The notes under the pieces: generated by a model
Database searches by the model: none
What the model was told of the DNA's origin: nothing
The model's input: only the letters and a program-made list of their open reading frames with translations
NCBI RefSeq assembly: GCF_009914755.1
Contig: NC_060927.1
Length of the DNA: 64,000 nucleotides
From: the human T2T-CHM13v2.0 reference genome, Homo sapiens
Strand: one strand, 5' to 3'
Program-made: the position numbers and the translations under genes
Shown: positions 40,453 to 52,322 of the stretch, piece by piece
Layout of the letters: each line of letters begins with the position of its first letter
How positions within the stretch are numbered: the first letter of the stretch is position 1

Positions 40453-41738
40453 CAGGATTTTCCAACACTGGTACACTTTGTGGCAGTAGGGCCAGATGTT
40501 GGGGAGATAGGAAGTAATTCTTTTTTTCTCTTTTTATTATCATACTTTAAGTTCTGGGCCACATGTGAAGAAAGTGCAGGTTTGTTACATAGGTGTACAC
40601 GTGCCATGGTGGTTTGCTGCACCCATCAACCGGCCATCTACATTAGGTTTTTCTCCTAATGCTATCCCTCCCTTAGCCCCCCAACCCCCAGTAGGCCCCA
40701 GTGTGTGATGGGCCCCTCCCTGTGTCCATGTGTTCTCATTGTTCAACTCTCACTTATGAGTGAAAACCTGCGGTGTTTGGTTTTCTGTTCTTGTGTTAGT
40801 TTGCTGAAAATGATGGTTTCGAGCTTCATCCATGTCCCTGCAAAGGACATGAACTCATCCTTTTTTATGGCTGCATAGTATTCCATGGTGTATATGTGCC
40901 ACATTTTAAAGAAAATGTGACAGTCTATCATTGATAGATAGATAGACATAATATCCAGTCTATCATTGATGGGCATTTGTGGTGGTTCCAAGTCTTTGCT
41001 ATTTCAATATTAACCTTAAATGTAAACAGGCTAAATGTCCCAATTAAAAGACACAGACTGGCAAATTGGATAAAGAGTCAAGGCTCCTCCGTGTGCTGTA
41101 TTCAGTATCTCACATGGAGACCCATCTCACATGCAAAGACACATAGGAGACCCACCTCATGTGCAAAGACACACATAGGCTCAAAATAAAGGGAAGGAGG
41201 AATATTTACCAAGCAAAAGGAAAGCAGAAAAAAGCAGGGGTTGCAATCCTAGTCACTGATAAAACAGACTTTAAACCAACAAAGATCAAAAGAGACAAAG
41301 AAGGTCATTACATAATGGTAAAGGGATCAATGCAACAGGAAGAGCTAACTATCCTAAATATATATGCACCCAATACAGGAGCACCCAGATTCATAAAGCA
41401 CGTTCTTAGAGTCTTACAAAGAAACTTAGACTCCCACACAATAATAGTGGGAGACTTTAACACCCCACTGTCAATATTAGATCAACAAGACAGAAAATTA
41501 ACAACGATATTCAGGACTTGAACTCAGCTCTGCACCAAGCAGATCTAATAGACATCTACGGGAGTAATTCTTTATTGGAAGAACTGCTCTGCACGTTGTT
41601 AAGATGTTTAGTAATATCCCTGGCTTTTACTTACTAGATGCCAATCGCACTGCCTCCTCCAATTGTGGGAAAATTTGTCTCCAGATATTGCCAGATAACT
41701 TCTAGAGGGCAAAACTATCCTTAGTTGAAAACCACTGG
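40453..41738. mobile_element. MER20 hAT element split by the L1PA insertion (about 40453-40523 and 41560-41738)
   Basis: caggattttccaacactgg left end. Right part gatgtttagtaatatccctggc...ctagatgcca...gtctccagatattgcc...gggcaaaact...gttgaaaaccactg. Confidence 0.8.
40524..41559 (-). mobile_element. L1PA7-like insertion with a 5' inversion: 3' end on the - strand (40524-41003) and ORF2 endonuclease segment on the + strand (41004-41559)
   Basis: ORF 40743..40991(-) matches the ORF2p C-terminus (MWHIYTMEYYAAIKKDEFMSFAGTWMKLE). ORFs 40977..41189 and 41159..41521(+) match the EN domain (ILTLNVN..., AGVAIL, ILNIYAPN, IVGDFNTPLS). TSD ggaagtaattcttt/gggagtaattcttt. Confidence 0.92.
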
Positions 41739-41897
41739 TACAGCCCATCTCTTACATTCACTGTATTAAGTTCACCCATAAAAGATGGAAATTGGGAAGA
41801 AAAAGAGAAGTCTAGTCCTCATATATTTGTATCCTATGACTTGCTTGGTCTCCCTAAGAATTGGAGGTTTCCTAGCAATTCACTCAGAAGCTGGCTA

Positions 41898-42417
41898 TGA
41901 GATAAGAGTCGGTAGGACTGGCTTTGCAAAGTACAAGTCAAAAAGAGCCCACTGACAAAATAAGATGTGGTAAAGAAGCCAGCCAAAACCCACCAAAACC
42001 AAGATGGTGAAAAAAGCTATCTCTAATCATCCACACTGCTCATTATATGCTAATTATAATGCATTAAGGTGCTAAAAGACACTCCCACCAGCGCCATGAC
42101 AGTTTACAAATGCCATGGCAACTTCTAGAAGCTACCCAATATGGTCTAAAAGTGTGAGGAACCTTCAGTCCTGGGAATTCTCCTCCTCTTTCCCAGAAAA
42201 CTAATGAATGTTCCTCCCCATGTTTAGCATATGAGCAAGGAATAACCACGAAAATAGCCAGCTCTGAAGTAGCCACTGTTACTTATTCCTCTACTTTCCT
42301 CATAAACTTGCTTTCACTTTACAGTGTTGGCTCGGTCTTGAATCCCTTCCTGTGAGAAGCCAGTAACTCATGTGGCCTCCCAGGCTGAACCCCAGTTTTG
42401 GGGTTTGCCTTGAGACA
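41898..42417 (+). mobile_element. MER41-family ERV1 solo LTR (C/D/E-like)
   Basis: aaagaagccagccaaaacccaccaaaaccaagatgg and cactcccaccagcgccatgacagtttacaaatgccatggcaac. TG...CA ends with gcta/gctg flanks. Confidence 0.85.
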
Positions 42418-43973
42418 GCTGTGTTTTCGTTCCTTCTCCAAGTAGGTTTGGCCAATGTACAACCAGTTCTATAGTTATTTGGAACTTAGCAATATTAGGA
42501 ACCCATGAGACCTTTATTTAACTGTCATTCATAGGCCGTAAAGAACCACCATCTCCTTGATTCCAAACAGTAGATGTGTAAATCAGAAGGGATCCAGTAA
42601 AATCCAGGTGATCAAGCAGTAATTGTGGAACGAATGGGAATTCAAATAGGAGTGGATTTTAAAGGTGTTAGGCACGTTTCTGGATTACATCGTAAACTTC
42701 CTCAGCCTAATATCAATGACTTCAGTCCAGAAAAGGAATTATTCTTCTTGGATTAGGTTTTTGCCACTGAGCTAGCATAACCATGATTGACCACCCAAGA
42801 GTCAGTCACATTTAACCCTGGAGCACTACACAAGGTTTGCAGTAAAGTACACACATTCTGGAATATTCCAAAGGGGGGATTTACCCAGTAAATCTGAACA
42901 CTATACTTCAAGTTCTTTATTCTACTCATTTATTTTCTGCCTCAGGAAACATGCTATCAATTTTGAGATCTGTTCTAAAGTGCCAATAGAAGTTGTCAGT
43001 ATCAATGTTTATCATGATGCTTCTCTTTCACATGAGATATTTTTCCTCTAATAAAAATTACATGCTATATAATGGGTATAATTGCATATATCTTTCTTGT
43101 TTGTATTTTAAATATTACAGTACAAGATATAGGGCTGTAAAAGATGTCAAAACATAATCACACTCTGGGGAAAAGAGGATTTGTTGTATGCTTGAGAGAG
43201 CAGCAGATAGAGTCTTCAATTGCTTACTGCAGATCTGCCATTTCTAATAATAATAAAATTGTAGAGGACGAAGTCATTGTGAAACTACAAAAAAATGCTT
43301 CAGGAAGGACCAATTATCATTCAGCTCTAATGCTACTGCTGACTCATCACAGGGAAAATGCATCACAACCGTTAATAACCGATAAATGTCATAGATGGTG
43401 GAGAAAATATTTAAAAATTCAATGGTTTCAACCTAAATGGCTCATGAATTATACATTTAATTAAGAAAAGCCAAATGGGAAGGTTTTTAAACTTCCAGTT
43501 TGGAAGGTTTTTTTTTTTCTTTCCCCATTGAAAGATACACAGATTAAGCACAGCAGTGGCTGATGCTGGAACAAAATAGATAAAAGCCCCCAGTGCAGGC
43601 TGGCTCTTCAGATGACTGGGAGGAGCCAGCCCATGGGGAGAAGGGAGCAGGGCAGGGTGAGAAATACTATGACAGCAAAGACTTGCAGCTTTACATCTTC
43701 ACCAATTCAGAGGGCACAAAAGGGCACCTGGATTGTACTCCCAGAGCTGCTGCTAGCTCTATTCCCCTCTGCTTCTTCACTTGTAAAAATGAAGTGGTTG
43801 GGCTGGCAAGTCTCGCAAATCCTTGCCATCCCAGACGTTTTATGAATGTATAAACTAAGAGACAGCCTTTTCTCCAGACTCCAACACACCACTCAAACGC
43901 AAATATACAAGGTGGTCCACCATTCAAAATCCAGGCGTTTCCCTTCCCAGTGTGATGATGCAGAGGAGACTGA

Positions 43974-44303
<330 letters not shown>

Positions 44304-44321
44304 GAGTTTTATCATTTTTAT

Positions 44322-44510
44322 CAATGATTTCCAAAGGGTAGCTCCAGACCCCCCAGTGTCATTGTCACCTAGGAGCTTGTTAGCAATGCAGATTTCCTGG
44401 CTCCTCCCCAGACTTACTGAATCACAGAGTCTGAGGGTGGAGCCCAGCGGCTTGTGGTTTAGCAAGTCTACCAAGGGGTTCTGATGCATGGTGAAGTTTT
44501 AGAACCTCTG
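44322..44510. mobile_element. MER5A
   Basis: tcacctaggagcttgttagcaatgcagatttcctggctcctccccagacttactgaatcacagagtctgagggtggagcccagc. Confidence 0.8.
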
Positions 44511-44845
44511 CTTCAGAGAGGCCCATTTAAGAGGGAAAATTCAAGTTTTTATATCTGTTCTACTCCCTGCTAATATTAGCAATAAGTACTTTACAGTAAT
44601 TTCACATGGCAGTTTAACTTATTTATCTATGAAGTTCTTAAGAAATTGGACGCAGGACAGGAAATGTTAATGGGGGAGGGAATGGACAGTGAGGAACATT
44701 TGTCTTAGAATGTGAGTAAGGTTGGTTACTTGTGGAGCTTGGGAGTTTTGAAGGAAGGCTAAAGGTGAGGAGGACGAGCTAAGGAGAGGACATGAACATA
44801 GAAAAAGAGGATCAATTGTAAAGACATTGAAAAGTAGAAAGCTAT

Positions 44846-45391
44846 TGTTATGGGAAAGGGGTTCAGATCCGGACTCCATGAGAGGGTTCTTGGATCTTGT
44901 ACAAGAAAGAATTCAGGGCGTGCCCATAGATTAAAATGAAAGCAAGTTTATTAGGAAAGTAAAGGAATAACAGAATGGCTACTCCATAGACATAGCAGCC
45001 CTGAGGGCTGCTGGTTTTCCATTTTTATGGTTATTTCTTAATTATGTGCAAAATAATCATTATATACCTCCTGGTTTTAGACCATATAGGGTAACTTTCT
45101 GATGCTACCATGGCATTTATAAATTGTCGTGGCGCTAATGGGAGTGTAGCAGTGAGGACAGCCAGAGGTCACTCTCATTGTTATCTTGGTGTTGGTGGGT
45201 TTTAGCTGGCTTCTTTACTGAATCTGTTTTATCAGTAAGGTCTTTACGATCTGTATCTTGTACTGACCTCCTATCTCATCCTGTGACTTAAAATGCCTTA
45301 ACTTTCTGCAAATACAGCCCAGTAGGTTTCAGCCTCATTTTACACAGCCCGTATTCAAGATGGAGTTGCTCTGGTTCAAAGGCCTCTGACA
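44846..45391 (-). mobile_element. MER41A ERV1 solo LTR
   Basis: gaaaggggttcagatccggactccatgagagggttcttggatc...attcaagatggagttgctctggttcaaaggcctctgaca. Lacks the GAS-containing segment, as expected for MER41A. Confidence 0.9.
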
Positions 45392-46269
45392 GTATTATTA
45401 GGGAAAGAGCAAAGATCTGGCATCTGAAGGATCTAGGTTCAAGCCCTGCTCCTCCCACATGTTATGAATACAATTTTGGGAAATTACCTTTATACTGTTA
45501 GTTCTTGCACCCTTAGCCTCATAAAGCAGTTGCTGGCATGATGAAATAAGTTTTTTTCTGAATTTATTATTAATCTTTATGTAATCTTCCCTATTTCTGG
45601 ATTAGATTCTTCCAGCAGCTTCTAAATATCTCACTATTAAAGAAGGACACACCACATGTAGGAATAGATTGGCAAGTTCTAGCAGCTAAGGTAAAAATGA
45701 ATTCACCAGGGGAGAGAGGAAAATTACAGTCTCAGGTCCCAAGATTACAGGTTGAAGAATACAAAGATTTCTTGGGCACTAGTGGCAAACTGTAATTTTT
45801 GTTAAGTGAAAGGGGTGACATTGGATTTCAGAGAGCTAAAGCGTATTTCTCTCCACAAATAGGCATTGAATAAGGATCCGTAAGCTGAGACATGGCCCTG
45901 GGAATTTGCTCAAGATTGTCTTTGTTTCACAAAAAGGTTCAAAAGATGAGGAGTCAATGACAACAGGGGAATCTGAACTACATTCTTTCCTTCCTCTTTA
46001 TATTGAAGAAAAATTTACTCTCTAGATGACTCTGATTTCAAACAAAAACCTTTGAGCATCTCTTTGGTGGAGACAGCAACAGGCTTAGAAGTGAGGCAGC
46101 AAAGGACGTCAGTAAAGAAACTGAAGCAAGAGACCACATGGTATGATGAAAGACTCCAATAGAGACTTGCAAAAGAAAATAAAGACTCAATACATGAGAA
46201 CAGCACGAGCATCTCAAAGCATTTTTCAAAAATTAAAAGCAAATTGCATTTATGCATACTTGATCCAAA

Positions 46270-46790
46270 AGTATAGACTCTTAGGGAGATCAAAGGAATG
46301 TTGAGGCTGAAGGAAACCATTCGTAGAAGCTTAGGTTTAACCCCCATCCATCGTCAAAACAATTTTTTTTTGCTACATCCCGAGTAGTGTTCATCCATAC
46401 TCTGCTTGATCATGTCTAATGATAAAGAACTCACTACCTAGTAAATCATCCACTGCTATCCTTCTCAAATTTAGACTGTTCTTCATTATATTAAATCTAA
46501 CAGCATTCTGTCACCTCCAGCAGCCACGAGTCCTACTTTTGCCTTCTGGACATTGATAGAGAGGGTTTTATTTAACTTTTTATGCGTGTGGCAGCTCTTC
46601 AATGTAAACAGACAGCTGTAATATGCTTCCAGAATCTTTTTTTCCAGAGGCAAAATCAAAGTTTTATCACTATGTTTTGTGACTGGCTTTTGCTACATTT
46701 TATTTTTTATCTCTTGATAAACTTGATATTTTTAATTCCTCTTTCAATAATGGGTGCTCCGAACAAAATATTTCAGTCAATTGCATGCGT
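46270..46790 (-). mobile_element. L3/CR1 LINE fragment
   Basis: ggaatgttgaggctgaaggaaaccatt...catccatactctgcttgatcatgtctaatgataaagaactcactacct. Confidence 0.55.
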
Positions 46791-48294
46791 CATTTGGAGG
46801 GTGTCGAAAACACAGATCCCATGATACCTGGCTCAGATAGAATAAATAAAACTAAATTGCTAAGAATTGAGTTAGCTATTTGTATTTTAACAAGCTTCTT
46901 TAGTGATTCTAATGTACATCAGGTGTGGGAATCAGTGCCTGCATAAAACATAAAACATCCATTTGAACGGTTCAGAGTAAGAATAAGAAATGTTATCCAC
47001 CCTGTTTTTACAAGTTGCAGCTCATTCTAGTGTTTAGCCTTTCTGACACTCTTCTTATCCTGTTGATTCTTTCTTCCATTTACACAAAAAATGCATAGCA
47101 ATTTAAAATTATAATACGACAGAAACACATTACAAAGAGAGTAAAAGCCTTTTGTATTTCCCTCCACTCACTCTGAGAAAACCACTGTATACATCTCCAG
47201 GTTTTTAAATGTAAGAATTTGCATAAACATATCACACACACACACACACAAAGTTCCCACACTCATAACATGCTTTTTACCTAACAATGCTGCTTAGGTT
47301 TTTTTTCCCACATGACACTACTTTTATGGTTTAATGACACTTTTTGCATTTTCTCACTTCATGCGCAAGTAGCATTTACTGTGCTCCTGCTGTTCCTGGT
47401 CTCATCTTTACTTGATTTCTTCTCCATTCCTGGGAACGATATCAGGGTTCTGTCTGCAGAGACAAATTTCTTTTTACTGACATCATTTATAAATTGTTGT
47501 GAGAAATTAATTATTTTGCTCCTCCCCACTATTAATAGATTAACTTTTTCCTTCTTTCTCTTTCCTTCCTTCCACATTTTCTTTCTCCTTTTTTCCTTTA
47601 TTTCTTCCTTCCTAAAATCTCATTCCTTTAAGTATGGTTCATGCTTCATACATTTTTTTTTTCTCGATGGAAGGGATGACAAAATGACAATATTCCCTCA
47701 TTCCCATTTTCAAGAGTTTGTCTCTATAGATCAGATTTAAGTCCAAAATAGCTGTCAGTTTGTTTTGCCACCTTTTACTTTTGGGAATTTAAATTTAGTA
47801 AGGTTAGTGAAGAATGTTTCAGGTGGTCTCTTCCCAGCTGAGGAAGCCTACCGGAACATATCAGAAATAATTAGCTTCTTTTGTCTCTGCCATGTCTTGC
47901 TTCCGTGCCAGTTTTTAATGTAAGTACAGTTGGCAAATAGCAACTCAGCTCTCTGTTTGGACAAGAGGCTCCAAGATGCATAAACTACTCCCCTGTGAAC
48001 TATAATTCAAAAGTGTATGAGGGTCCATCCAACTGAAGACTTTTTTTGAGTTAGTTGCAGTATATTCCCCTTCTCCACCCTGAGTACCTATATACTCCAC
48101 CTATTTTGGGGATCTCCTTTGGACCAGCTATATTCTTCTACTTCCCTAGACATAGTTCTACTCTACCTAGTTTCCGCAGTACACCTAATGTCTTAGCTTC
48201 AGGAAGAATTATATTCACCAAGCTTTAATACATATGAATATTTGCTTTTGCTCAAAGATTTCTGGCTAAAACGAAAGAAATTGACAGCACATGA

Positions 48295-48910
48295 TTTTTG
48301 TGAGGTTATGGGACAACTGGAACTCTCAAATATTGCTGGTGGAAGTATAAACTGATACAACCACTTTAAAAAATTCTTTTGTCATTTCTTATAAAGTTAC
48401 ACTTACATCTACATTATGGCTTACTCCTAGGAATCTAACCAAGAAAAATAAAAATGTATACAGACAGTCTTAGACAAGGATGCTTATTTCCACCTAATAC
48501 ATAATGACCTCAATCTGGAAATAATCCAAATGCTCATCAACAGGAAGGTGTCCAATCAAATTATGGTATATTCATAAAATGAAATACTATCCACAATATA
48601 ATGGAAGAAAGGGCTTATAGTCATGAAAACAATAGGTGAACCTTAAAATTATGTTAAATGAAAGAATTCAGACATAAAATAGTACATTCTGTTTGTTTTA
48701 TGATGACATACAAATGACAGCAGAAATAATCTATGATGATAGAAATCCAGTAGTGGTTGCAGCAGTAGAAAAAAACAGGGGAGAATTTCTGAAGACCTGG
48801 AAATCTTCCTCATTTTACTTGGGGAAGGATGGTTACAGGGGGTATATAATGGTCACAAGTGATTAAACGGAACACAAGTTCTGTGCATTTTAACATATGC
48901 TCATTATGTC
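48295..48910 (+). mobile_element. L1ME/L1MD 3' end, sense orientation
   Basis: gtgaggttatgggacaactggaactctcaaatattgctggtggaagtataaactgatacaaccacttt...ctggaaataatccaaatgctcatcaacagg. Confidence 0.75.
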
Positions 48911-49302
48911 ATTTATATAGTTACCCACAAGATTTCCAGAGATGGACTGATTGATGTTCAGTAAAAACAATGTGTGCCCTGTTTCATGTTTATGCTCTTG
49001 ATAGTTACTCGGAGAAATGCTTGTCGACTCCTCCGTCACTTGGATAGCTCTAGTTTATCGTGCCGGTTTCAAAATGGAATTCCTTCTTAGAAGTCTTTTC
49101 TGATGACACATCATTCTAGGCTCCTTCTCTGGGCTCCCTATAATGCCTTTGTCAAAGCATATGTTATCCTTCATTGAGATTACTCACATTATTGGCAATT
49201 AGCAGTAACTGGTGTGACCTTTATAGGGCACAGGTTTTGTTTGGTTTTACGCTAAGACCTAAAACTGTCACAGAATAGCTGCTTAAAATTATGTAATAAT
49301 CA

Positions 49303-49433
49303 GGCCAGTGCAGTGGCTCATGCCTGTAATCCTAGCACTTTGGGAGGCTAAGGCAGGAGAATGACTTGAGCTCAGGAGTTGGAGACCAGCTGGGGCAACA
49401 TAGTGAGACCCCATCTCTTTAAAAATAAAAAAG
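49303..49433 (+). mobile_element. FLAM-type Alu left monomer
   Basis: Single monomer with A tail. 17-bp TSD aaattatgtaataatca/aaattatgtaatgatca. Confidence 0.9.
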
Positions 49434-49931
49434 AAATTATGTAATGATCAAATGAGTGAACTTCAAGGTCTGTGGTAGACTTCTTGAACTGAAATTTTTA
49501 AGTTAAATTTTTAACAAGTACCTGTAAGTATGTTTAATTCTTCTGATAATGCACTGAGAAACACTGCTTTGAAGCAGCATAAGTTTTTCCTAAGGAATTC
49601 AGTGTACATTTGGAACAGTTATTATTTTATACGTCTTATGGTATTTCTTAATAAACTCATCCACTTATTTCCATAACATCCTATTGTTATATCCTTAATC
49701 CCAAAAAGTCAATGATGGGGAAAGTGCCCACATAATTTATCGTCCAATCTGAGCTATATTTCAATATAAGGGAATATTACAATTACACCAGATGACAGCT
49801 ATCAACTGGGCAAATAGAGGCACAATTTTCTCCTAATTATGGGGAAGTAGGACAAAGAATTTTCAGATATGAATGAATGCAGTAAGGACAGTATGGTTTT
49901 GTTTTGTTTTGTTTTGTTTCTTGTTTTTCAG

Positions 49932-50135
49932 ATTTATCTTATGCATGGACCTTCAATGATAACCCCTTATACGTCCAAGAGGACAATAGGCGATTTGTAT
50001 CTCAAGAGACGGGAAACTTGTACATTGCCAAAGTGGAACCATCAGATGTGGGCAACTACACTTGCTTTATAACTAACAAAGAGGCCCAGAGAAGTGTTCA
50101 AGGTCCACCCACTCCATTAGTGCAGCGCACTGATG
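49932..50135 (+). CDS. CNTN6: Contactin-6 internal coding exon (204 nt, phase 1-1), second half of Ig-like domain 2 (probably exon 6)
   Basis: Acceptor tttcttgtttttcag| and donor ATG|gtaaga. Translates (D)[67 protein letters not shown](G), with the Ig Trp and D-x-G-x-Y-x-C motif. Lies within ORF 49904..50362. Residues fit CNTN6 better than CNTN4 as I recall them. Confidence 0.95.
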
Positions 50136-52219
50136 GTAAGATAATGAGTTATCTTGGGAATGTACTTTATCTTTGGCCCTTAAAGCCTGGGAAGATTCGT
50201 AAAGCTTTCTGCTTCCTTCTTGTTTGGTGGAGCCAAATTACGAGTTTAGGTTCAATTCACAAATATGTAAACCAGAAATATAACAGAAAATTATCTAATT
50301 CACCCACATGGTGCAGTAGACATGGTTCTGGGTATACCAAGCCATCTCCTTTCTGGCATTGAAACAGCTTGTCTTTTTTTTGCTTAAAGACTGTTTTGTA
50401 AAAACAAAAATGATGTTCCGGGGAGTTGGCGTGTGTGTATGTGTGCACGTGTGGGTGCTGCCAAACATATAACTGAATCAATATATTTTTAATGAACATA
50501 TGTTGCAGCTACTTTTTAATGGCCCCTTTTTTCCATATTTGCCCTTTTTTTGTTGTTCACCCTTTATTTACGTGGCTGGCAAAATGGAGGGAAAAGTTCA
50601 TATCCAAGGAAAGCAAAGCAAACCAACATTAATTATGAGCATTCCAGAGAAGAATGAAACACAAGATTTATACTAATTATATTCCTCCAAGGAACATAAT
50701 TCACACTAGTCTCTGACGAGCTTTGTAGCTTAGTCAAGTCATGGCTGGTACAAGATTTAGAGAGCCAGAAAGTTTAAGGAAGTCATTGAAGTGGAGAAAT
50801 TCTCTAGTTGTTTTTTTAATTAAATGTTCACAGTGGGATTCATACAGGTAGAAAATTTGTTGGTGCATTTTATGATTGTATTCAGGACTTGAAATGCAAT
50901 ACCTCGTGGAGTTTTTCTCCCCTCTGAAGAGTTGAAGAAAAGCAAGAATATAATGCTAATGAAGCATAACAGAATTGTGGAACAAGTCCCATAGAAGGAG
51001 TTCTTATAATAGAGCTTTTATAATCACTAACCACCCAAATGTATTTGCAAGGTCTTCACTAAGATTTCAGCAACCATTAGACTTATTCCTAAGTCCAATT
51101 TATCTCCTTCAATGAATACTACTATTTATGACCAGAAGAATTCATGAGCCAACAATATACTTGGAGATTCTACCATGTTTTTCCTTTTTTTGTTTCCTGT
51201 CTACTCTGAGTTTCTGCTTCTTGCCTTCTTAATTCCTTCCTTCTTCTATCCCCTCTATTCCCTTGAATACATTTACAGGAAAAATAGAGCAGAAGTATTA
51301 TATATAATATAAAAATCAAACCTATTTTAAAAGTGAGCAGGTAGGAAATATCAGATGTCAAGAAAGTGAAAAAGAATAAAACCTACCAACTTAGTTGAAT
51401 GAAGTAGTACTCACTACCTTCTCACCATAACCTCTTTGAATGTTTATAATGATCAAGTCTTAAAAATTAAGTATTTTTATTTCATATATATTTTGTAATT
51501 TTTACTTTTTCTGCAATTATATTGACCACCAACAATGTATTTATTTTAGAAATGTATTACTCTGTCGTTTGGTACATAGATTAAAAATGATCAAAGTATT
51601 TAAATAATCTTGAGATGTCACTGATTAAATTAATTAAGTTAATGAGAATAGCCTACAGATATATTTCTGTTACAACTCCTCTGGTAGGCAGTGTATTTAC
51701 AATAGGTTATACCATCATCTTATCTTGGCACATATCCCCAATTCCTTGGATTGAAAGTTTTAAAACTTAAAACAAATTCGTATAGGTATACAGCAAACTT
51801 AGCGGCAAAACCTTATTGTACTAATATGTGAATATTTACATTTTTATCTCAATTAATGTGATGCCTTTATATGTTCTGCTGCAGAACTACTGTTATTTTG
51901 GACTAAGACCTACTGCAGTGGACTTCTACCAGTGTTAGCTGAAAACATCCCGTTGTTGTTGTTTTTTTCTTTTTTTTTTTTTTTATTAATCAGATCTGGC
52001 TCTCTGAGTTCCCTGAAAGGTAGATAAATGTGGATGTCACTAGAAAAGTGTCTTTTTTGAAAACACAGAAGCATTTTAGAATCTATATGTATCCAATTCT
52101 TAACTGAAAACCCTAACTCTTATTAAGAAGAAATAATCAGGTTTTGGTTAATGAAGCATTTACTTCATAGAAAACTTCTATTCTCCAGAAATGCTGCTAG
52201 CTCTTTTGATATTTAACAG

Positions 52220-52322
52220 GTGTGATGGGGGAATATGAACCAAAGATTGAAGTGCGTTTTCCTGAAACTATACAAGCTGCAAAGGATTCATCTGTAAAAC
52301 TGGAATGTTTTGCCCTTGGAAA
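52220..52322 (+). CDS. CNTN6: Contactin-6 internal coding exon (103 nt, phase 1-2), start of Ig-like domain 3 (probably exon 7)
   Basis: Acceptor atttaacag| and donor GAA|gtaagg. Translates (G)[33 protein letters not shown](N), with the contactin hallmarks GEYEPKIEV and LECFALGNP. Confidence 0.94.

Noticed and set aside
41159-41521. Functional endonuclease gene
   Set aside because: It is a frameshifted, truncated, inverted L1 ORF2 fragment with no promoter.
49904-50362. 152-aa ORF as a stand-alone gene
   Set aside because: Only 49932-50135 is contactin-like and bounded by AG/GT. The rest is intron read-through.
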